A stretch of DNA of 44,518 nt from a bacterium (GTDB taxonomy: Bacteria; Patescibacteriota; Minisyncoccia; Phycocordibacterales; UBA9973). Made by a program: the position numbers and the translations under genes. The DNA lies in NCBI GenBank assembly GCA_037140655.1, contig JBAXEA010000001.1, forward strand, positions 1 to 44,518, written 5' to 3'. How positions within the stretch are numbered: the first letter of the stretch is position 1; each line of letters opens with the position of its first letter. Positions 17,034-25,886 of this stretch are shown one piece after another. The notes under the pieces are model-generated. The model was not told the DNA's origin. It searched no databases and worked only from the letters and a program-made list of their open reading frames with translations.

Positions 17034-17456
17034 ATGAAAATAAAAGTAAAGAGATTAAAAGAAAATGCTAAGTTGCCAAAATATCATCATCCCGGAGATG
17101 TCGGTATGGATATGTATGCAATGGAAACAGTTGTCTTAAAACCTATGGAACATCATAGATTTTTTCATGGTTTTGCCTTAGAATTTCCCGTAGGTTATGC
17201 GGCAATTGTGAAAGATAAAAGTAGTATTTCAAAAGCATTGCTACATACGATGGGTGGAGTCTTTGATGCAGGGTATAGGGGAGAATACAATACACACCTT
17301 GTTAATTTGGGTAGTGAACCATATACTATAGAAGAGGGTGATAAGATCTCTCAGCTTATAATTTATCCAGTAGCTATAGGTGAACTTGAAGAAGTCACTG
17401 AGCTTTCGGAATCAGAAAGGGGTATGGGAGGTTTTGGAAGTACGGGAAAAAAATAA
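17034..17456 (+). CDS. dut: dUTP diphosphatase
   Basis: ..GDVGMD.., ..DAGYRGE.. and the C-terminal ..RGMGGFGSTG (motif 5) are present. Confidence 0.9.
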   Translation: MKIKVKRLKENAKLPKYHHPGDVGMDMYAMETVVLKPMEHHRFFHGFALEFPVGYAAIVKDKSSISKALLHTMGGVFDAGYRGEYNTHLVNLGSEPYTIEEGDKISQLIIYPVAIGELEEVTELSESERGMGGFGSTGKK

Positions 17457-17457
17457 A

Positions 17458-19173
17458 ATGGAAATAAATAAAGAAATAAAAAAACTTATATTTGAAACTA
17501 TAAAAGAGTTGGGTGTTGCTTCCGGTGTTGGTGGTATTGAGTTAGAGCATCCATCTGATTTTAATAATGGTGATTATTCTACAAATGTCGCAATGGTTTT
17601 TGCTAAGGTTTTAAAAACTAATCCAAAAGAATTAGCTGAAAAAATTAAAACAGAATTAGAAAAGAATTTACCAAAAGAAATTTCAAAAGTTGAAGTTGCA
17701 GGTTTTGGTTTTATAAACTTCTATTTATCAAAAGATTTTTTTATTGAAAACACAAAAGAAATATTAGAGGCAAAAGAAAATTGGGGAAAGAATGAAATCC
17801 TTAAGAGTAAAAAAGTAATGGTGGAATATACGCAACCAAATCCTTTCAAGCCTTTTCATATAGGACATTTGATGAGTAATAGTATTGGAGAATCAATATC
17901 AAGAATTGTAGAATTTTCTGGTGCAAATACAGTACGAGCAAATTATCAAGGTGATGTGGGTCCTCATGTGGCGAAAGCAATTTACGGACTTATGAAATTC
18001 GGTATGCCTGATGAAATAAAATCAGTTGCTGAAAAGGCGCAATACATAGGTGAATGTTATTCTAAAGGAAGTAATTTATATGATGTTGATGAAAATGTAA
18101 AAAAAGAAATTGATGAAATAAATAAAAAAATATATGCGCATGATGATGAAAAAATAAATGAAATTTATGCTTGGGGCAGAAAGATCACGCTAGAAGCATT
18201 TGAAGAAATTTATAAATTACTTGGAACAAAATTTGATAATTATTATTTTGAATCAGAAGTGGCAGTAAAAGGGGAGAAGATAGTCCGAGAAAATGTCAGC
18301 AAAATTTTTGAAGAATCAGATGGAGCGATAATTTTCCATGGAGAAAATTATGATAAAAAACTTCACACTAGAGTTTTTATAAATTCTCAAGGTTTGCCAA
18401 CTTACGAAACAAAAGAAGTCGGACTTACAATAACAAAATTTGAAAATGAAAATCCAGACATATCTATAGTGACGACAGCCATAGAACAAGCTGAATATAT
18501 GAAAGTAGTTCAGAAAGCTATTGGTTTAATGCACGAAGACATGGAAAAGAGAATGAAGCATGTGACACACGGCATGATGCGTTTAGCGACTGGCAAAATG
18601 TCGTCTCGAAAAGGGAATGTAGTAACTGGAGAATCTTTGTTGCAAGATTCAATGGATGTTATTTTTGAAAAAGTGAAAGACAGAGAATTTAACAATGAAG
18701 AGAAAAAAGAAATTTCAAAAATTGTTGGAGTATCTGCTTTAAAGTATTCAATATTAAAATCATCACTAGGCAGTGATATTATCTATGATTTTGATAAATC
18801 TATTTCTTTCGAAGGTGACTCTGGTCCATATTTGCAATACACAGCAGTTAGAGCAATTTCTGTTTTGGAAAAGGCTAAAGAATTTAATTTAGAAAATAAA
18901 AAAGAAATTCCAGAAAATATTACAGATTTAGAAAAGTTGCTTTATCAATTCCCTGAAGTTGTGGAGCGTTCATATCTTTTACTTGAACCACATCATATAG
19001 CTACTTACCTCACAGAGTTAGCTAGTGCATTCAACTCTTTTTATGGAAATACAAAAATACTGCAAGAAGAAAATAAATTTGCTGGCTTTCATTTAGATCT
19101 AATAAAATCATTTTACCAAACAATGGAAAATGGTCTTTGGTTGTTAGGCATCCAAACTCCGGAAAGAATGTAG
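17458..19173 (+). CDS. argS: Arginyl-tRNA synthetase
   Basis: The start is at the ATG 1 nt after the dut stop (MEINKEIKK..). HIGH is ..PFHIGHLMSN.. and the KMSKS-like motif is ..GKMSSRKGN... The protein ends ..ERM. Confidence 0.95.
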   Translation: MEINKEIKKLIFETIKELGVASGVGGIELEHPSDFNNGDYSTNVAMVFAKVLKTNPKELAEKIKTELEKNLPKEISKVEVAGFGFINFYLSKDFFIENTKEILEAKENWGKNEILKSKKVMVEYTQPNPFKPFHIGHLMSNSIGESISRIVEFSGANTVRANYQGDVGPHVAKAIYGLMKFGMPDEIKSVAEKAQYIGECYSKGSNLYDVDENVKKEIDEINKKIYAHDDEKINEIYAWGRKITLEAFEEIYKLLGTKFDNYYFESEVAVKGEKIVRENVSKIFEESDGAIIFHGENYDKKLHTRVFINSQGLPTYETKEVGLTITKFENENPDISIVTTAIEQAEYMKVVQKAIGLMHEDMEKRMKHVTHGMMRLATGKMSSRKGNVVTGESLLQDSMDVIFEKVKDREFNNEEKKEISKIVGVSALKYSILKSSLGSDIIYDFDKSISFEGDSGPYLQYTAVRAISVLEKAKEFNLENKKEIPENITDLEKLLYQFPEVVERSYLLLEPHHIATYLTELASAFNSFYGNTKILQEENKFAGFHLDLIKSFYQTMENGLWLLGIQTPERM

Positions 19174-19210
19174 TCTTGCATTTTTGTAGTTTTGTGAGTA
19201 TTCTTAATAT

Positions 19211-19406
19211 ATACGTTGAAGAGGATTCTGCCATAGGCGAATAAAATCACCTCTGAGTATTGGGAAGAAAGTTTTATAACAAGTAGAACCCAACGGGTTT
19301 GCCCGACATAGCTTAAATTAAGAAGTAATCAAGGTGGTACCACGGGAATAAAAACTCGTCCTTGTATAGCAATTATTTAATTGTTGTACGTGGACGAGTT
19401 TTTTTA
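19211..19406 (+). promoter_or_regulatory. T-box leader (tRNA-sensing riboswitch) with intrinsic terminator, upstream of ileS
   Basis: The T-box sequence GGTGGTACCACGGG is at 19334..19347. The terminator is ACTCGTCC(19355-62)...GGACGAGT(19392-99) plus a T-run. The candidate Ile specifier ATC(A) is at 19246..19248, inside an AGAGG/CCTCT stem. A possible promoter TTGCAT-N17-TATTCT lies at 19176..19204. Confidence 0.75.
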
Positions 19407-19428
19407 TTAATAATTTAAAAATAAAAAT

Positions 19429-22400
19429 ATGGAAGAACAAAAACAAACAAATACAGAAGAAAGACAAAAGTCGCAAACAGCACTTCGCGAAGAAGCTGTT
19501 TTGAAATTTTGGAAAGAAAAAGAAATTTTTGAAAAGACATTAGAAAAAATTTCACCAGAAGGGGAGTTTGTTTTTTATGAGGGTCCACCTACAGCTAATG
19601 GTAAGCCCGGTATCCACCATTTAGAAGCTCGTGCTTTCAAAGATGTTATTCCACGTTACAAAACTATGCGCGGATATTATGTTCGCCGAAAAGCTGGTTG
19701 GGACACTCATGGTCTTCCTGTTGAGTTGGAAGTTGAAAAAGAACTTGGCCTAAAATCAAAAAAAGAAATTGAAGAATTCGGCGTGGCTGAATTTAATAAA
19801 CGCTGTAAAAAAAGTGTTTGGAAATATTTAGATTTATGGAATGTATTTACTGAACGTATTGGTTTTTGGGTAGATCAAAAAAATCCATATATAACTTATG
19901 ACAAAAAATACATGGAATCTATCTGGAATGTGATGAAGACTATCGACGACAGAGATTTATTATACAAAGATTATAAAGTTGTTCCTTGGTGTCCACGTTG
20001 TGGTACAGGACTTTCTTCTCACGAACTTGCACAAGGATATAAAGACGTAAAAGATTTATCTGTGTATGCGAAATTTAAAGTTGTCGGACAAACAGACACA
20101 TATATTCTAGCTTGGACTACAACTCCATGGACATTGCCAGGTAATGTCGCACTTGCAGTCGGTAAGGATATTGAATATGTAAAAGTAAAACAAGGTCAAG
20201 ATATTTTAATCTTAGCAAAAGCAAGACTGGCTGTTTTGGAAGGTGATCCAGAAGTGGTGGCTGAAATGAAAGGTGAAGATTTGCTTGGTTTAGAATATGA
20301 ACCACTTTATCCATTTTTGAAAAATAATATTTCTGGAACTGAAAAAGAAAAATTAGATAAAGCTTTCAAAGTTTATAGTGCAGACTTTGTTACTACAGAA
20401 GACGGTACTGGTGTTGTACATACTGCTGTGATGTATGGACAAGATGACTTCGTATTGGGAACAGAGATAGGTTTACCGAAATATCACTTGGTTGGACTTG
20501 ATGGAAAGTTTTTGGCTGGTACAGATTTCTTAGAAGGAAGATTTGTTCGCGATGAGGAAGTTGCAGTTGATGTTATAAAAGACTTAGCACACCGTGGACT
20601 TTTGTTTAAAAAAGAAAGATACGAGCACACATATCCTCATTGTTGGCGTTGCAAAACTCCACTTATTTATTATGCTCGTGATTCTTGGTATGTAAGAATG
20701 TCATCATTACGTGCTGATTTGATGAGAGAGAATGAATTAATAAATTGGGAACCAGAACATATCAAAGAAGGACGTTTCGGTGAATGGTTGCGAGAAGTGA
20801 AAGATTGGGCAATCTCACGTGAACGTTACTGGGGGACACCATTACCTATTTGGGTATGTAAAGATTGTAAAGAAAAGCATGTTGTCGGAAGTGTGGATGA
20901 CATGAAAGAAAATGTAAAAAAATCTGGTAATAAATATTTCATCATGAGACATGGTGGAGCAGAAAGTAATCTAACCGGAAAGATTTGCTCAAGAGTTGAA
21001 GACCCTGATCATCTAACAGAAGAGGGGAAGAAGCAAGTACTACATTCAGCAGGAAAAATAAAAGATAAGAATATTGATTTGATATTCTCTTCTGATTTTT
21101 TTAGAACAAAAGAAACCGCAGAAATTGTTAAAAATGAAATTGGTTTGTCAGATGGTAAATTGATTTTAGATAAACGACTTCGAGAATTATGTGCTGGTGT
21201 TTATGATGGAAAAAATTGGAATGATTACCCTCATTTCTTAAAGGCGGCGCCTGAAGGCTCTGAATCATTTTCCGATGTGAAAAAAAGAGCAGCTGAATTT
21301 ATTTATGAAATTGAAAGTAAATATCAGAATAAAAATATATTGATCGTCACACATGATTCTCCAGCAAAGTTGTTGTTCTACACAGCGCTTGGTTTGAATA
21401 TGGATGATATTACAAAAATCGGTGCTAGTTATGATCATTTTAAAAATGCTGAATTTAGAGAATTAGACTTTGTGCCTATTTCACATAATGATGATTTTGA
21501 ACTTGATTTACATAAACCATATGTAGATGATGTTGTACTTATGTGTGCCTGTGGTGGTGAAATGGAAAGAGTAAAAGAAGTTATGGATGTTTGGTTTGAT
21601 TCAGGTACAATGCCTTTTTCACAAGACCATTATCCATTTGAATCTGAAAAGCGATCTGATTTTTTTGAATTACTAAGTTCTGATTTAAGTAAAACAAAAC
21701 TTCTTTATCCAGCTGACTTTATTGCTGAAGCTACTGATCAAACTCGTGGTTGGTTCTATACATTGCTTGCAGTTGGGGTTTTGATGGGTAAGGGAACACC
21801 ATATAAGAATGTTATTTGTCTTGGACACATTTTAGATGATGAAGGTAAAAAAATGTCTAAATCGCTTGGTAATATTATTGATCCATGGATTATGATAGAT
21901 AAATATGGAGTAGACACACTTAGACTTTGGATGTATGCAGTAAATCAGCCCGGTGAATCAAAAAACTTTGATGAAAAAACAGTGCTCGAACTTCATCGAC
22001 AAGTTTTTGGCTTGCTTTACAATGTTCTTGCTTTTTATGAATTGTATCGCAACCCATTATTAGAATTGAAAGATTACAGAGATTCTGAAAATATTTTAGA
22101 TCAATGGATTATCGCTAAGTTTGATGAATTAAATTATCTTTGTGTTGAAAATATGGATAATTATCGAGTGCTTGAACCAACTCGTGCGATACGAGACTTT
22201 ATAGGTGACCTTTCGACTTGGTACTTGCGTCGTTCACGAGACAGAATAAAAGATGAAGACAAAGAAGCAAAAGCAACTTTATATTTTGTTTTGAAAAATT
22301 TAGCAAAAATAATGGCACCATTTGCTCCATTCACAGCTGAAGATGTTTGGCTTAGATTAAAAAATATTGAGGATGTAGAAAGTGTGCATTTAGCAGATTG

Positions 22401-22635
22401 GCCTAAAAAGGAAAAAGCAGATAAAGATATAATCGAAGATATGGAAAAGGTTCGTAAAATCGTTTCACTTGGACTTGAGGCAAGACAAAAAGCTGGAATA
22501 AAAGTTCGACAGCCACTTTCAAAAATTGAAATAAAAGATTTTAATCTAGATGAGAGATATTTCTCTTTGATAAAAGATGAATTGAATGTAAAAGAGTTAG
22601 TTGAAAATAAAGAAATAGAAACTGAAGTTAAATGA
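19429..22635 (+). CDS. ileS: Isoleucyl-tRNA synthetase with an internal histidine-phosphatase-like domain; the ORF ends at an in-frame TGA
   Basis: HIGH is ..GKPGIHHLEA.. and KMSKS is ..GKKMSKSLGN... CP1/editing blocks and a zinc knuckle (..PHCWRCKTP..) are present. The insert at 20905..21507 has RHG/R/E/H phosphatase signatures. Confidence 0.9.
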   Translation: MEEQKQTNTEERQKSQTALREEAVLKFWKEKEIFEKTLEKISPEGEFVFYEGPPTANGKPGIHHLEARAFKDVIPRYKTMRGYYVRRKAGWDTHGLPVELEVEKELGLKSKKEIEEFGVAEFNKRCKKSVWKYLDLWNVFTERIGFWVDQKNPYITYDKKYMESIWNVMKTIDDRDLLYKDYKVVPWCPRCGTGLSSHELAQGYKDVKDLSVYAKFKVVGQTDTYILAWTTTPWTLPGNVALAVGKDIEYVKVKQGQDILILAKARLAVLEGDPEVVAEMKGEDLLGLEYEPLYPFLKNNISGTEKEKLDKAFKVYSADFVTTEDGTGVVHTAVMYGQDDFVLGTEIGLPKYHLVGLDGKFLAGTDFLEGRFVRDEEVAVDVIKDLAHRGLLFKKERYEHTYPHCWRCKTPLIYYARDSWYVRMSSLRADLMRENELINWEPEHIKEGRFGEWLREVKDWAISRERYWGTPLPIWVCKDCKEKHVVGSVDDMKENVKKSGNKYFIMRHGGAESNLTGKICSRVEDPDHLTEEGKKQVLHSAGKIKDKNIDLIFSSDFFRTKETAEIVKNEIGLSDGKLILDKRLRELCAGVYDGKNWNDYPHFLKAAPEGSESFSDVKKRAAEFIYEIESKYQNKNILIVTHDSPAKLLFYTALGLNMDDITKIGASYDHFKNAEFRELDFVPISHNDDFELDLHKPYVDDVVLMCACGGEMERVKEVMDVWFDSGTMPFSQDHYPFESEKRSDFFELLSSDLSKTKLLYPADFIAEATDQTRGWFYTLLAVGVLMGKGTPYKNVICLGHILDDEGKKMSKSLGNIIDPWIMIDKYGVDTLRLWMYAVNQPGESKNFDEKTVLELHRQVFGLLYNVLAFYELYRNPLLELKDYRDSENILDQWIIAKFDELNYLCVENMDNYRVLEPTRAIRDFIGDLSTWYLRRSRDRIKDEDKEAKATLYFVLKNLAKIMAPFAPFTAEDVWLRLKNIEDVESVHLADWPKKEKADKDIIEDMEKVRKIVSLGLEARQKAGIKVRQPLSKIEIKDFNLDERYFSLIKDELNVKELVENKEIETEVK

Positions 22636-22905
22636 GATACAGAAATAAATTCAGAATTAAAATTAGAAGGGGATTATAGAGAGCTTGTACGTGGAATTCA
22701 AGATATGCGTAAAAAGGCAGGATTAACTCCAAGTGATGTTATTGCAATTACTATCGAAACAGACGAAGCTGGTAAAAATCTAATACAAAAATTTGAAGAT
22801 GATATGAAGAAAACTATCATGGCTGGAAAGATAGAGTTGGAAAACAATGACGGTATAGAAATAAAAGTTGATAATCTATCATTCAAAATATCTATACAAA
22901 AATAA
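22636..22905 (+). CDS. ileS: Continuation of the ileS frame after the in-frame TGA (conserved IleRS C-terminal segment)
   Basis: This is the same frame as 19429. It reads DTEINSELKLEGDYRELVRGIQDMRKKAGL.., which matches the IleRS C-terminal block (..L..EG.ARE.vr.iQ..RK.aGl). The track ORF 22705..22905 is its tail. Confidence 0.75.
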   Translation, partial: DTEINSELKLEGDYRELVRGIQDMRKKAGLTPSDVIAITIETDEAGKNLIQKFEDDMKKTIMAGKIELENNDGIEIKVDNLSFKISIQK

Positions 22906-22917
22906 CTTTTTGCCTGT

Positions 22918-22947
22918 CCCGTTGAAATTTACTAATTTTTATTCGGG
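22918..22947. repeat. Short, degenerate possible relative of family A (A3)
   Basis: CCCGTTGAAATTTACTAATTTTTATTCGGG has the same CGGGATGG junction to a -10 box as A4. The stem is poor. Confidence 0.3.
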
Positions 22948-22948
22948 A

Positions 22949-22957
22949 TGGTAAAAT
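22949..22957 (+). promoter_or_regulatory. Extended -10 box (TGgTAAAAT), 6 nt upstream of the ATG at 22964
   Basis: TGGTAAAAT-agaggt-ATG. Confidence 0.55.
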
Positions 22958-22963
22958 AGAGGT

Positions 22964-23359
22964 ATGAAAACCATATTAGTTGATGCAGTGTATTGTTTCA
23001 TAATAAAGCAAGATGAAAATTTTGTGGTATTTCAAGATATGTATAGATTACTTGAAGCTTATCCAAATAACAAAATTGTCCTAACGGGTGCAAATGATGA
23101 GCAGAAAATTAAATTTGGGTTGGACAATATTCCATATAAATTTTTTACATTAAAACATAATCCAGAAAAGACAGATCCAAAATATTATGAAATTTTACTA
23201 GAAAATTTTAATCTTAAAAAAGATGATGTTATTTATTTTGAGCATGACATAAATGCAGTAAAGAGTGCTCAGTCTGTTGGAATAAATACTTATCATTATG
23301 ATGACAGTAAAAGAGATTTAGAAAGTTTAAAAAACTTTTTGGATGAAAATTTAAAATAG
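22964..23359 (+). CDS. Small HAD-superfamily-like protein with a degenerate motif I
   Basis: ..ILVDAVYCF.. sits in place of DxDxT, and ..VIYFEHDINAVKSAQSVGI.. resembles HAD motif IV. 131 aa. Weak call. Confidence 0.5.
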   Translation: MKTILVDAVYCFIIKQDENFVVFQDMYRLLEAYPNNKIVLTGANDEQKIKFGLDNIPYKFFTLKHNPEKTDPKYYEILLENFNLKKDDVIYFEHDINAVKSAQSVGINTYHYDDSKRDLESLKNFLDENLK

Positions 23360-23360
23360 A

Positions 23361-23942
23361 ATGCATCATATTTATCACACTGAAGGTATTATATTGAAAA
23401 GCAATGATTACGGTGAAGCCGGGAAATATTATTGTATTTTTACTCGTGACCTTGGTTTGATTTATGCTTCAGCTCAAGGTGTGCGAAAGATGTCTTCGAA
23501 ACTTCGTTTTGTTTTGCAAGATTTTTCATATATTAAACTAGATTTAGTTCGAGGAAAAGATTTTTGGCGGTTAACCAGTGCTTCAAAGACAAGTAAACTA
23601 GATAATGTTGCAAAGAATACTGAAACATTAAAAATTTTTGCAAATATTGGAAGACTTTTACAAAGGTTATTGGCAGGGGAAGAAGCCAACTCCGAATTAT
23701 TCAATGATGTCTTACAAGGTTTATTTATTTTAGAAAAATCAAAAACAAAAGAGGAATTACAAAATATCGAAGTTGTTATAGTTCTTCGTATTTTAAATAA
23801 CTTAGGTTATATAGGTAATGATGAGATTTTGCAAGATGTCATCAGATCTCCATTTGAAGAAGAATTAATTTTTGAAATTAGTAAAAGCCGCACTAAGATT
23901 TTGTCTTTGATAAACAAAGCACTTGGGGAAACACACCTCTAG
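23361..23942 (+). CDS. recO: DNA repair protein RecO
   Basis: The N-terminal OB-fold pattern ..TEGIILKSNDYGEAGKYYCIFTRDLGLIYASAQGVRKMSSK.. is typical of RecO. Confidence 0.85.
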   Translation: MHHIYHTEGIILKSNDYGEAGKYYCIFTRDLGLIYASAQGVRKMSSKLRFVLQDFSYIKLDLVRGKDFWRLTSASKTSKLDNVAKNTETLKIFANIGRLLQRLLAGEEANSELFNDVLQGLFILEKSKTKEELQNIEVVIVLRILNNLGYIGNDEILQDVIRSPFEEELIFEISKSRTKILSLINKALGETHL

Positions 23943-23946
23943 TTTG

Positions 23947-23955
23947 TGTTATAAT
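23947..23955 (+). promoter_or_regulatory. Extended -10 box (TGtTATAAT), 6 nt upstream of the ATG at 23962
   Basis: TGTTATAAT-atacaa-ATG. This supports 23962 rather than 23923 as the start. Confidence 0.6.
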
Positions 23956-23961
23956 ATACAA

Positions 23962-25881
23962 ATGCAGGAAGAAAGGGAAAAGTTAAATAGAATAGAAGAA
24001 ATGAAAACTAAGCTTTTTAGTAAGAACTACGAAGTTAAGATAGAGCACCACGACCCTTTTATTTATAAGGATAATAAAGATGTACCAGATTCTTGGGATA
24101 GTGAATATGCTGATGAATCTGATAAAAATCAAAAAAATACTATGAAAAAAACAATGCCTAAGAAATTTTTTATTTTTTCAATATTATTTTTTATTTTAGC
24201 AATGGGTTATGCTGCTTATATGTTTTTTGCTGGTGGAAATATTGTTTCAAATGACAATATTGATATAGCAGTGCTTGGTAATACTTTTACAGCTGGTGGG
24301 GAAGAACTTCCAATTCAAATTGAAATTACAAATAAAAATAATTCATTACTTGAACTCGCTGATTTAGTTGTTGAATATCCTAAGGGCTCATCTGGTGATG
24401 TGACTGGTGACGTAGAGAGACTTCGTGATTCATTAGGTACGATTCCAGCTGGTGCCGTAAAAAGTGACACTATGAAAGTTATTCTTTTTGGTGAGCAAGG
24501 AAGCACAAGGCAAATAAAAGTTTCATTGGAATATAGAGTTGAAGGTTCAAATGCAATCTTTGTAAAAGATAAAACTTTTGATGTTACGATTAGTTCTGCT
24601 CCTATCGATCTTGCTGTCGATGCACCTGCAGAAGTTAGTCCAAATCAACAAATTAATTTAGATGTTAAAGCTACTGTGAATGCTACAAAAGCAGCTTCTA
24701 AAATTTTAGTACGAATTGATTATCCTGTAGGTTTTCAATTTACTTCTGCAAAACCTATGCCTTCTATTGGAAATAATATTTGGAATTTAGGGGATCTTTC
24801 TCCTGGATCGATAAGCGATATTGCTGTCACCGGTAAAATGATTGATGTCTCAGATGGAGAAGAAAAAACCTTCAATGTCTACAGTGGTACTCAGTCTGAT
24901 TCTGATAGTACTGTTATTGGTGTAGTTTTTAATTCATTGGGAAAAACAGTCTTAGTCAAAAAGCCATTTATCGAAGCAGATTTGATAATTAATGGAGTGA
25001 ATCAAAATACTTATGCTACAGATGCGACGACTCCAATACAAGGACAAATAAGATGGGCAAATAATTTAGATACAAAAGTAACTGATTTTAGAATAGTTGC
25101 AAAACTTTCTGGAAATGCTCTCAATAGAAATACGATTTCATCTACAGATGGTTTTTATGATTCATCAAAAGACTCAATAATTTGGGATAAAAATTCAGTT
25201 CAAGATTTTAATGAAGTTAATCCTGGTGATTCAGGAATTGTTTCTTTCTCTGTCACTCCAACTTCATTGTTCTCTGACTCAGGTGGAATGCTCGTTGATC
25301 CTACTGTTAATGTAGAACTTACTGTGAACGGAACACAAGCTATAGACAATAGTGTTTTGACAAATACAGATTCAAGAATAATAAAAATTATTTCTGATGT
25401 AGGCCTTTCGTCAAAAGCTTTGTATTATTCAGGTGCATTTACAAACACAGGACCAATTCCTCCAAAAGTTGAAAAAGAAACTACTTATACAATAAATTGG
25501 TCACTTTCAAATACTTCGAATAGTATTTCAAAAGCACAAGTGCGTTCTAGTCTTCCTCAGTGGGCAAGGTTTGTCGGAGTTATCTCTCCAGCTACTGAAG
25601 ATTTGAAATTTGATCCAAACACAAAGCAAATAATATGGAATGTGGGAAGTATAGCAAAAGGTACAGGAATAACAGGAGCAGACAATCAGGTTTCTTTCCA
25701 GATTGCTATCACACCATCACTTTCTCAAGTAGGCTCAGCTCCAATTATTTTGAATGATACAGTTTTGACGGGGCATGATGATTTTGCTAATGTTGATGTA
25801 CAAGTAAATAAATCATCACTAAATACAAGACTTTCAAGTGATGCTGATTTTCCTGGTGGGGGAGATAGAGTAGTAAATTAA
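23962..25881 (+). CDS. Membrane-anchored protein with a large extracytoplasmic beta-rich region (function unknown)
   Basis: A charged N-terminus precedes a single TM (FFIFSILFFILAMGYAAYMFFAG). About 540 aa of repetitive beta-sandwich-like sequence follow. Confidence 0.6.
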   Translation: MQEEREKLNRIEEMKTKLFSKNYEVKIEHHDPFIYKDNKDVPDSWDSEYADESDKNQKNTMKKTMPKKFFIFSILFFILAMGYAAYMFFAGGNIVSNDNIDIAVLGNTFTAGGEELPIQIEITNKNNSLLELADLVVEYPKGSSGDVTGDVERLRDSLGTIPAGAVKSDTMKVILFGEQGSTRQIKVSLEYRVEGSNAIFVKDKTFDVTISSAPIDLAVDAPAEVSPNQQINLDVKATVNATKAASKILVRIDYPVGFQFTSAKPMPSIGNNIWNLGDLSPGSISDIAVTGKMIDVSDGEEKTFNVYSGTQSDSDSTVIGVVFNSLGKTVLVKKPFIEADLIINGVNQNTYATDATTPIQGQIRWANNLDTKVTDFRIVAKLSGNALNRNTISSTDGFYDSSKDSIIWDKNSVQDFNEVNPGDSGIVSFSVTPTSLFSDSGGMLVDPTVNVELTVNGTQAIDNSVLTNTDSRIIKIISDVGLSSKALYYSGAFTNTGPIPPKVEKETTYTINWSLSNTSNSISKAQVRSSLPQWARFVGVISPATEDLKFDPNTKQIIWNVGSIAKGTGITGADNQVSFQIAITPSLSQVGSAPIILNDTVLTGHDDFANVDVQVNKSSLNTRLSSDADFPGGGDRVVN

Positions 25882-25886
25882 AAGTT

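Noticed and set aside
22633-22635. Genome-wide reassignment of UGA (code 4 or 25), as in some CPR lineages, as the explanation for the in-frame TGA in ileS.
   Set aside because: TGA terminates 1804..2295 and 34720..35640 at ATGA overlaps, and the in-frame sequence after them is not coding-like. All other conserved genes in the window are intact under the standard code. A single interrupted gene does not support recoding.
22705-22905. Track ORF 22705..22905 (66 aa) as an independent small gene.
   Set aside because: It is in the same frame as ileS, and the codons between the TGA (22633) and M22705 are also IleRS-like (..LKLEGDYRELVRGIQD). It is the tail of the ileS frame.
22918-22947. A3 as a bona fide family-A member.
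   Set aside because: Only the CCCG...CGGG ends and the CGGGATGG-(-10) junction are shared. The stem pairs poorly and the inner hairpins are absent. It is kept only as a low-confidence feature.
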